DNA of 54,848 bases, the filler included, from Circinaria calcarea (taxonomy: Eukaryota): NCBI GenBank assembly GCA_051942165.1. It is 5 parts of 5 records of this genome, joined end to end, with 100 filler letters (N's around TTAATTAATTAA, not from the genome) between each part and the next. Parts side by side here need not be neighbours in the genome. Positions count along the whole stretch, not along the records: positions 1 to 10,901 come from JAVECS010000744.1; positions 11,002 to 21,894 come from JAVECS010000745.1; 3 more parts are not named here. The stretch is one strand, 5' to 3'. A model generated the notes under the pieces. The model saw only the letters and a list, made by a program, of their open reading frames with translations, did not search any database and had not been told where the DNA came from. Below, in pieces: positions 1 to 11,863 of the stretch. The translations under genes were made by a program, and so were the position numbers. The number at the start of each line of letters is the position of its first letter. Within the stretch, counting starts at the first letter, position 1.

Positions 1-745
1 CCCCTGTACCATTCAAAATCCCCATTCCCTTCCCGGGACTCGCCAACCCCCCCAAGATCCCAGGACTCTTCACGCCGTTACCATATCCCAAGCTGGGGGA
101 CCCGGGGCTCTTTTGTGTCGCGAACCGCTGCTCGGGCGTCATGTCGGCGGCATAAGGGTTCTGCACGTAGCCGGGCGGGTGTTCAAGGCTTTTGCGGGTG
201 GAGATGTCGCCAGTAGGGCTGCTGGGGGAGAAAGGGGGGATGCGCGCGGATTGAGGCGGGGAGAGGAGGTTGTTGGAGGTTAAAGTGGTGGAGGCGGGAG
301 GCTGGCCAAAGGGCCGTGGGTCCGAGGGGGAAGGAAAGCTCATTTGTGGAGGAAAGGGTTGTGGGGATACGAAATGGCCGGTAGGTGTGGGTGTGGGTTG
401 CGGGGCATAGTAGGATGGCGGATGTGCTTTTTCGCCGACGCGAGGTGGTGGGGGAATGTCACGACGAGGAGAGGGACTGCGGGAGGAAGCTGTGGAGGGG
501 GTTGGTAAGGCGCCGGGTTGCGGAGGTGGCGGCGTGATGGTTTTTGTTGATGTGGATGGTTGGGTGGACGTTGGGAGGGAGGAGCCAGGTTGGGCGGGAG
601 GATAGCTTGATGTGGCTGTTGCGGTAGGCGTTGCTGCTGCTGCTGGAGAGAACGGGGACTGAGGTAATGCGGTTGTTTGGGGCGTGATGGCGGTAGCTTT
701 GGAGGGCGAAATGGGGCTCTCGGTGAAAATGGGTATGCCAGACAT
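1..745 (-). CDS. Pro/Ser/Thr-rich hypothetical protein, 3'-truncated at window/contig start
   Basis: Open frame from ATG at 745 (MSGIPIFTESPISPSKATAITPQT...YPPAQPG...PPPPQPGA...PPPPRVGE...SLEHPPGYVQNPYAADMTPEQRFA) running off position 1. Absent from the ORF track because no stop is reached. The motif series resembles a family of Pezizomycotina hypothetical proteins. Confidence 0.7.
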   Translation of the reverse strand, partial: MSGIPIFTESPISPSKATAITPQTTALPQSPFSPAAAATPTATATSSYPPAQPGSSLPTSTQPSTSTKTITPPPPQPGALPTPSTASSRSPSPRRDIPPPPRVGEKAHPPSYYAPQPTPTPTGHFVSPQPFPPQMSFPSPSDPRPFGQPPASTTLTSNNLLSPPQSARIPPFSPSSPTGDISTRKSLEHPPGYVQNPYAADMTPEQRFATQKSPGSPSLGYGNGVKSPGILGGLASPGKGMGILNGTG

Positions 746-1452
746 GGTGAATGCTCGGGTTGCGTCTTTGCTGCGTAAGCTAGTGGTTGATATTGACTGG
801 TTATAAAAAAGGAAGCACGAATAAACGCAACGTTGCCTTGCTCACTCAGGTCAATAAAGGATTGCAACTACCATTGATGCTTCACTGAGCGACGAGAATC
901 AAAGTGAGAGTTGAAGAAGGATCCATGTGTATAATCTTTTATACGTTGCCGCTTTCGACCAGCTTTGTTTAGGTGTAGTCCAACAAAGGCGCAGACGTGA
1001 CCACCAACAATTCGGGAGCTATGTTTTCCCATGAAGCGAAGTCATTGTTAGGTTTGATACAGATTTCCCCAACCACACAATACAGATTTGCCAACCACAC
1101 CCACTGTTGTAACCAAAGGAGCGTTTAAAGTATTTTCAATTAACTTGGTTCATTCCTAAGAAGTCCATCTAACAAACTAACAACCCCCTTCTATGTGTGC
1201 AACGCGGACCAGTTCACCAGATCAAAACAAGTGGAGGACTTTCGGCCAGAGAAGTACATGTGTAACAGTAGCAGATTGTAGAATACAGACAGCAGCGTCA
1301 CGCCCCTGCTGCACATTCCTATCACCCTATGCAACAGCTTGCAGATCTCCATCAACCCAGTCACTTCACAACGCAACGAACCAGCATTTTCACCCTCCAA
1401 TTTTGTACCAAGCGTAGGGCATCTATTTTATGCAAGCATGGTATGCTGGTGT

Positions 1453-3105
1453 TTAGCCAGATCCACCCTTGAAGGCTTTGCCGAACATGAGCAGTTGCAT
1501 TTGGTCGTAAATGGAGAGCACACCAGCACCAGCAACACCACGGAGAATATTAGCACCAGCGCCCTTGAAGAGAGACTTGACACCGTCCTTGGCAATGATC
1601 TGACGAGCGGCGTCCATGGACGACTTGTACTTGACGGCCTAGCAGAGTAAAGTTTCATTAGCAAGTCTCATGAGTATGATATATATCGAATGAGTACCCA
1701 CCTCTCCAGAAGTCATCATCATACGCCTACGGATAGTGTCAAGAGGATACGCAGCAATACCAGCACCAGTTGTAACAGTCCAGCCGAGGAGGAAAGATGC
1801 AAGGAAGCTACTTTCAAGAGGGCCAACAAGGAGAATAGGTTTAATTGAGTCGTACAGTCCGAAGTAAAGACCACGATAGACTACTATACCGAGAACCGAT
1901 GGCCCGAAACCACGATACAGACCGGCAATACCATCCGAAGCGAGGGTTTTCTTGTAGACATCGAGCATGCCGTTGAATTGACGTTCACCACCGCTCTTGG
2001 CATTCTTGCTGTCATTGGCAAGACGGGTCCGAACATAGTCCAAGGAGTAGACGAAGAGGAGCGAAGTGGCACCGGCGGCCTAATGGGATCAGCATAGAGT
2101 TGAAGTCTCCAGTTAGATTGCACGTACACCACCTGAAGCCAAGTTACCAGCCATCCATTTAGCGTACCCATCTCTCTCCTTCTTGAAAGCAAACATGGAT
2201 TTGTAGGTGTCACGGAAAGCAAAGTTGAGAGCCTGGGTAGGGAAGTATCGGATAACGTTGGCAGTGTTTCCTCTCCATAGCGATGCAACACCTTCTTGCT
2301 TCATGGTGCGGGTAAAGCATTCGGTAATACCGTCGTATTTACGGTCAAGACGACCGGTCTTGAGCATCTCATCCTATAGAGTTAGGTTGTAAAGGTTAGC
2401 TAACGCGCATGTAATGATAGGTAGTTCACTTGTGAAATAAACCTGGTCTGATAAACAATCAAAGCGTAGGCTACATAAAAGAAAATTATATTCATGGTAG
2501 GATTGAAAATAGGACAATTGAGTTAGTTGCTTCTTTGATTCGCTTATCAAAGCTTTGCCTCCGCTTCCAACATACAAAGAGTCCTCAATCGGTCCACCGC
2601 CATGACAGAGGATAGGGGTTGAGCCTTACCTGATTTTGAATCAAGAGCTTGACGCGCTCGATAGGAGCAGCAGCGGTTTTTGATACGGCTGCAGATACAC
2701 CACCCACTACGCGTTATGTCAGAGACCTTACTTCTTTTGTATTTGTTCAATTGATGTGGGAGTCGATAAGAGAACTGATGGATGTAATCAAGAACACCCC
2801 TGGGTTGATGATTCTTGGAAATGGGAGAGAGGGAGATGGACATACTCAGAAAGTCGACGACGAAGCCCTGTCAATTTGGTAGGTTAGCTAACTAGATTCG
2901 CCGTCTTTCGACAGAGGGAAATTCATCCAGCGGTGAGAGCATAGCGACCACCGCGGTGTAATCCCAACGCAAGCGTTTGCACTCCCGGTCAAGCTTTATA
3001 CCGTGTTTTGTAGCCATGTGAAAGGCTGGGCATGGTGGACAGGGTGGAAGATCGCGAGCTTACCGGCATGCCCATGAAGGACTTCTTCTGTTGTTCTCCC
3101 GACAT
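1453..3105 (-). CDS. AAC: Mitochondrial ADP/ATP carrier (6 exons)
   Basis: Spliced: [14 protein letters not shown] / GFVVDFL / [26 protein letters not shown] / DEMLKTGRL...[21 protein letters not shown] / ...[16 protein letters not shown] / ...[14 protein letters not shown] (1453-1455). RRRMMM signature; GT-AG introns. Confidence 0.97.
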
Positions 3106-3587
3106 CGTGGCGGTGGTTGAATGTACAATGGCAGAAGAGCAAATTAGAAGGAAAAGATTGAGAGGAGAGGGTGCAGTGCGAGATATCGAATTGATCCGAC
3201 CTGCTGCGACAGCTGTTGATAGGAAAGGTGAGGTGTGAGGTTCGGTCGCGAGATAAAAATCATTCCAAAGGACGCTAACAGATCCTGACTTTACTCGAAA
3301 TTGCTTTGCCGGGATCACCCGCATGATACGCTGCTTTTCGGGAATACTCAGTCGCCCTTTTCAGATTTCAATTGTGATCTACACCGCAGGTGAGACTACA
3401 GAGTTAACCCGAGATGACTGTCACATTTGTGAACGAACGTAACACATCAGATTGAGTTGCCACATGTATTCTGCTTGGATACACATAAACTACATAGGAT
3501 CCGGATAGACCAAGATAAGATATGATCTCGTGGGCACGAAGCACTTTCTAAACCCGTGATCATTCAACAACTGGAGACAGTAGTCCT

Positions 3588-5633
3588 TCATGCCTCCGCT
3601 TTGCCTGACTTGACCCTCTTCGCTCGTTTCCTCTTCTCTTCGTGGAGAGCCTCAGGTGACTCGGCGCTGTATGTAGGACGGACCATCGAAGTCTCTTGTG
3701 CAATTACCTCTCCGAGACTCTTCTGGGGGCCTTTCTCACTACCAAAAGTTTCCTTTCTCCACTCCCGAAGCCTCGCCTTTTTCCCAAGCCGCTTCCTGTC
3801 TTTCCTCTTCTTCTCGGCATCCCGGAAGGTGGCCAACTTCTTGAGCCCAGCATACTGATTGAGCTGACTGTCAGATGCCATCAAAATATCATGCGCAGTC
3901 AAACCATATGTCGAGGGAGATGTCTCGCGGTATCGGAAATAACTTCTCTTCTTACTCGGGCCAGATAGAGCGAGCTCAACGCTGAGCTTCTCCTCAACGA
4001 GTTCCGCGATCTTTCGATGTTCTTTCCGAGCCTGCTTCCTTTCTTCGTCTTTCTTTCGCTTGTGCGATTTTGCATCTGGGCTTGCTTGGGTAGTAGCTTC
4101 GTCATGTTCTCCATCACTAGCAACAGCATCGGTTGCGTCGTCGGAGAGAATAAACTTATACTTTTCGACATTCTCTGCGTCGAAGTCGGGGACAATGTCA
4201 TTTATGTCGATATCGTCCTTCCACTTGGGCTTTTTACTGCTAATATTGGCTTCGGGGTCCGCATAGTAGTCATCGCCAAAGTGTTTGTTCATCTCCTGTT
4301 TCCAACGCTCATCGTCCCACCCTTCATCGAGAAATTTCACCCATTCCTCCTCTTTGAGCACCTTGCCGCGTAACCCCGCTGCTTTCTTGATTTTTTTAAG
4401 CTTCTTCTCGGCTTCTTCGAGCCGTAGTCTTCGCAAACGAGCTTTTTCCTGCTCTCGCACTTGTTTCTCTATCTCCTTTTTAGTCTGCATTAAGTCTCTG
4501 GCTTTTTTACGAGAGTTCGGGCTTTCCCGCCTTACGGAAGACTTTCCCCCAATATTTCGAGCATGGGATCGTAGTTTTTCATTCGAGACTTGCGGATTCT
4601 CGAAACGAAGATTGTAGGCTTCTTCGAATTCTTCAGCACGTCTTTCCTCCTCTTCGTCATCAGACTCGAAAGGTTGAAACTGAGACTTGATAGAAGGTAC
4701 CCAAGCCCTGGCTGCCATAAAGTTCGAAAGAAAGGTTTCAGGATCTTTGTCAGCAGAAGTGACATCAACGGATTCCAGCGTGGCCGTTCCTCTGCTGCAA
4801 GTCTGGCCGTTCTTTGTTTTAGTTTTCCGCACAAGAAAGCCGTCGTCTTGACTGTCGCCTGAGTCTAGAGAATGCTCAGAATGCAGGTTGCTATCATCTG
4901 CAGCGGCATGCATTTCTCGAGCAATTGTACTTCTGAGGTCTTTTTGCTGCTGAGCATAGCTAGGAGGACTTCTCCTGTTCTCGTCACCATCAAGATCACC
5001 ACCTAGCAGAATCTCACGATGATAGTCGCGAAGGTACATCGGTTTTGCTTTGCTCGTTGTGGAGCTAGCATCCAATTCCTCATCTTCAATACCAGTGTAG
5101 AAAGTGCTCTTTTCGTCATAGACTCGCGGGTCTTTGGCCCTTATGGCATGTAAGGTCGCATTGACCTGCTCATCTAGGGCGCCCAGAGCAAGTATGCCCT
5201 CGTCGTCCTCTTCTTCGGAATCCGTTGATATGTCACTGTCGTCCTGTCCGTCGCTGAGATTTACCAAAGCGCCGTTCTGTAGAGGCCTTCGCGACTCTTT
5301 TCCATACTTCTCTTCCACTTCCTAGATTTTAGAATGGTATAACTAAGTTAAGGTTTAATATCACCTACAACGATGCTTCTCCGCCCTCTTATGATTATGC
5401 TCAAAGCGTCGAGCATACTCTTCATTGATCGTGAAGCCGGTAAAGGCTGACCCGCTGGTATCGGAAGTAGCATCCTCAAGGAGTACTCCACCAGATGTGT
5501 CGGAATCGCTGCTCAGCTCAGACTGGCCCTCAGCGTCAGATAGCAGTACGTTTTTTGTAGTAGTTTGCTTTTCAGTTGCAACACATGTCTCCGAATGCGA
5601 GTGCAGCGTGTTTTTCAGCTTCGCGGACGGCAT
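3588..5633 (-). CDS. KRI1: KRI1 40S ribosome biogenesis protein (2 exons)
   Basis: FTINEEYARRFEHNHKRAEKHR + intron + EEKYG; KDPRVYD; KPMYLRDYHRE; EEAYNLRFE; FRYRETSPSTYGLTAHDILMASDSQLNQYAGLKKLATFR (KRI1 C-terminal domain). Confidence 0.93.
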
Positions 5634-5883
5634 GTTTCTAGAGTTGGTTGCGAGAATAATATGTCAACACACTCAGTTGCTGCTCTTTTTGTGTTTATCG
5701 AAATTCGCATCTTGCCGGAACAGATTCGGCGCGGAATATTTCTGCCTCCGATCAAGCTCTGACGAAACGCCAAGCTTCGATGTTTATGGGAGTTAGTTGA
5801 TATACCGGAATGGCGGACGATACTGTCATCATGTTTCTATGTAAATAGCGATTGTTGCGCATTACTTCTGAGCTACTGGTGAT

Positions 5884-8800
5884 ATGGTGGAAGAGTCTTT
5901 GCAGGCTGGAAAGTCTTTGAGCTTAATGTATGCCTAACAACTCTATTTCTCTCTGGTAACGCTTAAGCTGATCTCGTTGCAGACCCGTTGGTCTGAAAGA
6001 AGCAGCGCTCGACTCTCCTACCTTCCGGGCTACTATACTTCACTTTACAGAGCAAGTCGACGCTGTGGAAAAGTGGCTTGAGGGTTATATCAAAGCTATT
6101 GCTAAACTTTCCCACGAAGTCTCCGCTTTGGAAAACCTGGTGAATGGCTTCCTTATTGCTGCCACACCTCCAGCGTATCTCTCCGAAGCCATTATAGATC
6201 ATGACTATACACTACTGGCGATTAAGAGCTATGGCGAAGGTGCGAAAGATTTTTGGAACTCTACCATCCTAGGCGTCAAGAAACTCGACTCGTCTATGCT
6301 AGATCCTTTGCGAGTCTTTCTTCAGAGCGAACTTCGAAACTTCAAGGTATGTCGTTACAAAAAACCAACCTGACCTGGGCTAATTAGCTAGGATACACGT
6401 CGTCAGCTTGAGCAATCACAAAAGCAGGTGGACAATCTCCAATCACGGTATGCAGCTCAATCGAAAACCAAGGAGCCTTCCTCTTTGCGTGAAGATGCAT
6501 TTCAGCTTCATGAGGCGCGTAAGGTATATCTCAAAGCTTCTATGGATTTCTGTGTTGCTGCCCCTCAGTTGCGTATGTCATTAGACAAATTACTAGTCAA
6601 AATCTTTTTTGAACGTTCACGGGACATGCGAACCAGTCGTGATAGTACGAGCATAGCCTTCTCAAAGATGTGTACTGATCTTGACCGCATAAGAGGCTGG
6701 AGCCGAGAGATGGAGAATGGTGAAAGAACATTTCGTCGTGAAATACAGGTTGCCCGGAAACAAATCGAGGAATCTGCGGAGAACTCACTTCGACCATCCC
6801 GCGACCTGGAAGACTACTCTGTCACGTCGAATACCTCAATTGGGGCCAAGGGTCCTTCTCTGAGTAACTTACCATCTACGAGGCAGAAACTTATCTCCTC
6901 TGAGAAGCAAGGCTGGCTTAATCTGCGAACAGTTACGGGAAAACCTGCAAGAACAGTATGGCTGCGGCGATGGTTCTTTGTAAAGAACGGTATTTTCGGT
7001 TGGCTTGTGCAAGGGTCCCGCTCTGGTGGAATAGAAGAGAGTGAAAGAATTGGTGTTTTACTTTGCGGCGTCAGACCAGCAGCTCAAGAAGAACGGCGCT
7101 TCTGCTTCGAAGTCAAAACGAAAGATACCACTATAGTTCTCCAAGCCGAATCGCAGCCTGAACTTGCAGATTGGATGAGCGCATTCGATATTGCGAAGAA
7201 AAAGGCTCTAGAAGATCCTACGAGTACAGAATCTCCAATTACTACTACGGGGTCACAAGCATTAGATCCGGCCTTCGCCATCTCGCCGCCAACTGCCCCA
7301 GAATTTGCCGCTAGTGCAGCAGATTCTGGAATGCAGCTTTTATCCGACGATAACGTCAACTCCGCATTCGATCGGAGCACCACACTCCCACTATTAGGCG
7401 GCGAACTCGGTCACCCAGCTACGAGGAGTAGTTTTGATATCAACAGCCATCGACGTTTGACTATGAGCGAGAAAGACGGCGAGAGTGGCCGTGAACAAGC
7501 TGCCAGGATTATCCAAAAATTGGACTTGCATCGCAAGTCAGCCGCCAGTCCTCAGATCGGTTCTGGTGCACTTTCGTCACCGACGACACCAACTGGTCCA
7601 GCTGGAGGAATTGCAAGTCTCATTGCCGCAAGTCATAATGTCATGCCGGTTGGTCCAGGGGCGATGCCGCAGTCTTCGACCGTAGACGTTCAAAGCTCAC
7701 GGTCCGCTGCCGCAAGTACTATACGCAACTTACCATCTAGCACCCTAGCTCCATCGACACTAGCTAATCCTCCCAATCAGACCAACCTAAGTGCTGCAGC
7801 GGTAATAGTGATTGGTGAGCGTGGAATTGGATTAGGTAGAGGAGACATAACAGGTGGAATGCCAAGCGGGATCATGGCCAATTTCTGGGGCACCGCGAAC
7901 TGGGGTTATATGAATAGACTTGAACGTGGTGAACTGAAGCCTGTCCAGGAGGAGAGATTATCGTTGAGTCATCTTAGTCCTTCAGTCCAGACTGGTGAAT
8001 CTTCCTCAAAGAGTGCGGGACTTATCGGCCCAGAGCATCAGCGAAGTAGCTCGCTCCTTGATCAACAGAAAATTTCTTCAAATTTGCGTCAACCGTCACC
8101 TAGCCACCGGAAAACGATCAGTCTCGATGGCGACGCGGCGGAGCTACAAAGAGCACTCATCGCACCACAAGAATTCCCGAATTACTACCCATTGCAGCTT
8201 AAGACTCAGGACGCCCAGTTCCGGCTTCTCTTTCCCAACGTGAAACGGCAAGAGAAAGTCGTCTTAGTTTTCCGAGCTACGTGGAATCCTAATGATCAGC
8301 AGGAGTTTCCTGGTAGGGTGCACGTTACCACTAAAGAGATATACTTTTACAGCAATCATCTTGGTTTAGTATTGATTACTGGCATTGGTTTGGCCAGCAT
8401 CTCCGAAGTCACCGCAGCACCAGGTCGAGATTGTGATTTTCTCTTTCTCCATCTGAAAGGAACAAACGATGAATCAAACTATACGCGCATAACGATTAAA
8501 ACTTTCCTAGAGCCGCTGAAGTTACTTCAACGTCGATTGAACTTCTTGGTACGGAACTGCAACTCTGAAAACCCTTGTGATCTGGAATCTATTATGAAAA
8601 CTTTGATTAAACTTGAGCACGACGATCCAACTAGGAGCCCTAGCTTGGAGAGCTGGGAAGACGGTGCCGGAGTGGCACCTTTAGGACAAAGCTCTTCTTT
8701 ACAACGGAACGCGTCACAGAGAAATGCAAGAGACCTTCGAGCAGCAATCCACATAGACCGGGCTTTGTATGGAGAATCTAGTAAGTTTGATGGCGCTAAG

Positions 8801-10301
8801 GAGGTTACGCGATTCAAGTTACCTGGACAGCCTGTAATCTATGTTCCTCGAGGAATGGCTCAATGTGCAGTAGACAGGCAATTTGACATCAGTCCAAGGG
8901 CGCTGTTTCATATCATGTTCGGTGATAGAAGCGCCGTCTGGCAGCTATTGTACCATGAGCGCCGAGCTCAACACATCAAACAAGGTCCCTGGACGCAGCA
9001 GGATCAAAGTCATCTTCGCCGAACATTCGAATATGGCATCGAGTATCTCGACATGTTCCGTCGTACTCGCCTCGCGGATGTTGTGGACAATCAGATGATT
9101 GATGTCTTGAACGATCACCTGTGTTATGTCGTGACGGACAGGAAAACACCATGGCATTTGCCTTACCACCAGAATTACACCCTCGTTAGCAAGATTGTGA
9201 TTACGCACGTGGCTAAGTCGAAATGTAGATTGGCCATCTACACAAAGGTCGACTGGTCGAGGCTGCCGCCCATTGCGAAGGGCGTCATCGAACAGCGGGC
9301 TCTAGCAGACCTAGCATCCGATGCTTTGGATCTTGCAGATGTCATCAGCGACCAAGTACGTAAGCTTGGCGCTCAAAGCCGCACGAAGAAAGCTATCCAG
9401 ATTTTTGGCTACATAGGTCAACAACAAACGACCACCGAATTTGGCGCCAGCGATACACGAGTCGCGTCACAAGTTCGGCGTACTATGGGTAGGAGGACAC
9501 TAGTACACCTAGTCGTGGAATCCATGGTGTCGCTGATCCAGGATATTGTCACATCAGCTATGCAGTGGGTTGGAGCTATGCTACGCTGGATCTGGAAAAC
9601 CGGCAACGCGAACAGTATCCTGCTACTCCTATTGACTATGAGCATCCTAACCAACGCATTCTTTTCCACCCAACAGACCTCCGAATGGTGGCAGGAGCGT
9701 AAGGCTGGGAATCTTATGAAAAGACTGGGTGTTGGCCCGGACCTGGTCATGAGCAAAGCCATCCACATTTCAGATCTCGACCTCGGTACCTTTGGCAACA
9801 GCACTCTCCAGGGAGATCTGTCAAGTCCATGGTAACAAACCCTCCCCCCGCCAATACTCCTTACCCATCACTAACAAGACATCCCGCGTACACAGCTTCC
9901 ACACATTCACCGCCCTAACCCAACAATCCAACCCTTCCCTCTCTCGTTCTTCCCTCTCCATAAACTCAAACCCAGCATCCCACCGTCTCCGCCGCACCCG
10001 CCACCAACTCGGCACCTACCGCCACGATCTCCTCGTCGCCATGCGCGTCGTCAACAGCATCGAGCGGGAAATGATGCGTGCGGAGTGGGAGGATTGGCTC
10101 CGGGCCGAGAGGGAGAGGTGTAAGCGGATGGAGGAGATCTTGGCGAAGAAGGAGGTTGGGGAGAGGGGGAAAGGGGAGATTGAGGTAGGGGAGAGGATGG
10201 TGGGAGGGAGGGAGAGGGAAACTTTTGAGGCATATTGTGGGAGTTGTTGGGGGAAGGAGGAAGGGGAGTTGGGTTTTGGTAATGATGACGATGGTTTTTG
10301 A
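5884..10301 (+). CDS. SIP3: Sip3/Lam1-family sterol transfer protein (BAR-PH-GRAM-VASt-TM)
   Basis: Exon 1 5884-5927, intron 5928-5982, then PVGLKEAALDSPTFRAT (BAR); KQGWL...WLRRWFFVKNG...RRFCFEV (PH); QQEFPGRVHVT (GRAM); VASt-like region; TM segment; final exon with LGTYRHDLLVAMRVVNSIEREMM. Confidence 0.92.
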
Positions 10302-10901
10302 TTGATTGATACCCTTGGGACGGGAGTTTTGGGTTGTATTTTTGGACAAGATACTGCATGAATTGTATGAATTGTTTTCTGATGCCGGGGATATTTCTTG
10401 GGGGAAATTTTTTCTCATTATTTTCAGTGGTTTTATTTGGCCTTTGGAGAAGAGATGGATGGAACTGGAACTGGGACTGGAACTGGAGCTGGAATTGGGA
10501 CTCTGGTCGAGAGGCGAGGGCCGGAGGGTTACCATAGTGTAGTTATAGTGAAAAAGAAAAGATCCCAGAGAGCCACATCAGGAAACCCCCCCCCCCTTTA
10601 AAAAAATAAGAAAGAAAGAATTAAAAAAAATTGCGAAAACATCGGGAAAAGCTGGGGGAGGTTCGGAATGGGATGGACGTCGTCCCAAGTATGTATGTAC
10701 ATGATATCGTGATTGATCGGTACCTGAAAACATGCAGTTGTGAATCGGCAGGCCTAATTTATCCTTATAATTTTCCAACTCGTTTTACTCGACTCACTTA
10801 CTCGCAAGCGGTATCCATACCTTGGATCTACAACGAGTTGCACTTCTCCTTCTCCTTCCTCTTTCGCCCAAATCGCCCACCTCCCCTTCCCTCCACCCCC
10901 C

Positions 10902-11001
10902 NNNNNNNNNNNNNNNNNNNNNNNNNNNNNNNNNNNNNNNNNNNNTTAATTAATTAANNNNNNNNNNNNNNNNNNNNNNNNNNNNNNNNNNNNNNNNNNN
11001 N
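10902..11001. other. Artificial contig linker N44-TTAATTAATTAA-N44
   Basis: Identical 100-nt spacer occurs four times; the 12-mer gives stops in all six frames. Confidence 0.98.
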
Positions 11002-11424
11002 TTTATCTCCTCACAGGGCCCGTAATCTAAAGAATATTACGAAACATAAAGACCGCGCTGCTGCATATGATTCGCTACGAGAGATACCCGGAATCATAGC
11101 GGGAATGAAAATTAGTACTTCCCATAAAGACTCCGCTTCTAGGTGCGATGAGGTAAGTTAACCTTCCGTTTTGCAGATTTTTCACCTATACTCATTTAAT
11201 TCTAGGAGATTTCCCATTACCTCGTCGAACATATCGAAAAGACCTGGAGTGTCATTTTTCATAATGATAAGGCTGCGATGGCGAAGGTTGATTCTGCAAC
11301 AGTCAGGGCGTTAGAGCTCAAAGCTCCCTGGGCATTTACAGCGGACGCAAAAATTATCCGTAACAAGGTTCTTAGCGGGGAAATTTTCCAAAACTTCATA
11401 GACCAAGAGCGCGAAAGAATTCTA

Positions 11425-11512
11425 CGGAAATATGCAATTTTGACCCCCTCAACTTTGAAATATGCAAAATCCACCCCCAAGTTGCAATTTTGACCCCACC
11501 CCCAAATTTTTA
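11425..11512 (+). repeat. Left TIR of MITE
   Basis: cggaaatatgcaattttgaccccctc...ccaaattttta; exact reverse complement of 11776-11863. Confidence 0.95.
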
Positions 11513-11775
11513 ATGATGACCTTCTGTTAATGGAAGGTCGCTGTCACTGTCGCAGAGTCACTGTCGTAGAATCACTGTCGCAGAGTCACTGTCGCCAGTG
11601 GCATTGTGATAATAACATTGCGACACACTGGCATTGCGACACACTTGCATTGCGATACAGTGGCATTACGTTACAGTGCGACAGCGACAGCGATCCATTG
11701 AAAACAGCGACAGTGCAGGCCTGGTTCTTGGGCTAATACCCTCCTAACAATAGTGTGTTCTTCGAGGTCAATCAC

Positions 11776-11863
11776 TAAAAATTTGGGGGTGGGGTCAAAA
11801 TTGCAACTTGGGGGTGGATTTTGCATATTTCAAAGTTGAGGGGGTCAAAATTGCATATTTCCG
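11776..11863 (-). repeat. Right TIR of MITE
   Basis: Exact reverse complement of 11425-11512. Confidence 0.95.

Larger units (their letters stand above)
11425..11863. mobile_element. Non-autonomous Mutator (MULE)-type MITE, 439 bp
   Basis: Perfect 88-bp TIRs (11425-11512, 11776-11863); 9-bp TSD AGAATTCTA at 11416-11424 and 11864-11872. Removing the element plus one TSD restores the DUF3723 reading frame. Confidence 0.93.

Noticed and set aside
340..867. 175-aa Pro/Gln-rich ORF
   Set aside because: Non-ATG start; out-of-frame shadow of the gene starting at 745.
10461..10503. GGAACT-type hexamer run downstream of SIP3
   Set aside because: Ordinary degenerate microsatellite in a 3' region.
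10946..10957. TTAATTAATTAA as a biological site (PacI site or piggyBac TTAA target)
   Set aside because: Always centred in identical N runs; it is a six-frame-stop assembly spacer.
11530..11736. Cys/His-rich 68-aa ORF inside the MITE
   Set aside because: Translation of short tandem repeats; no transposase similarity.
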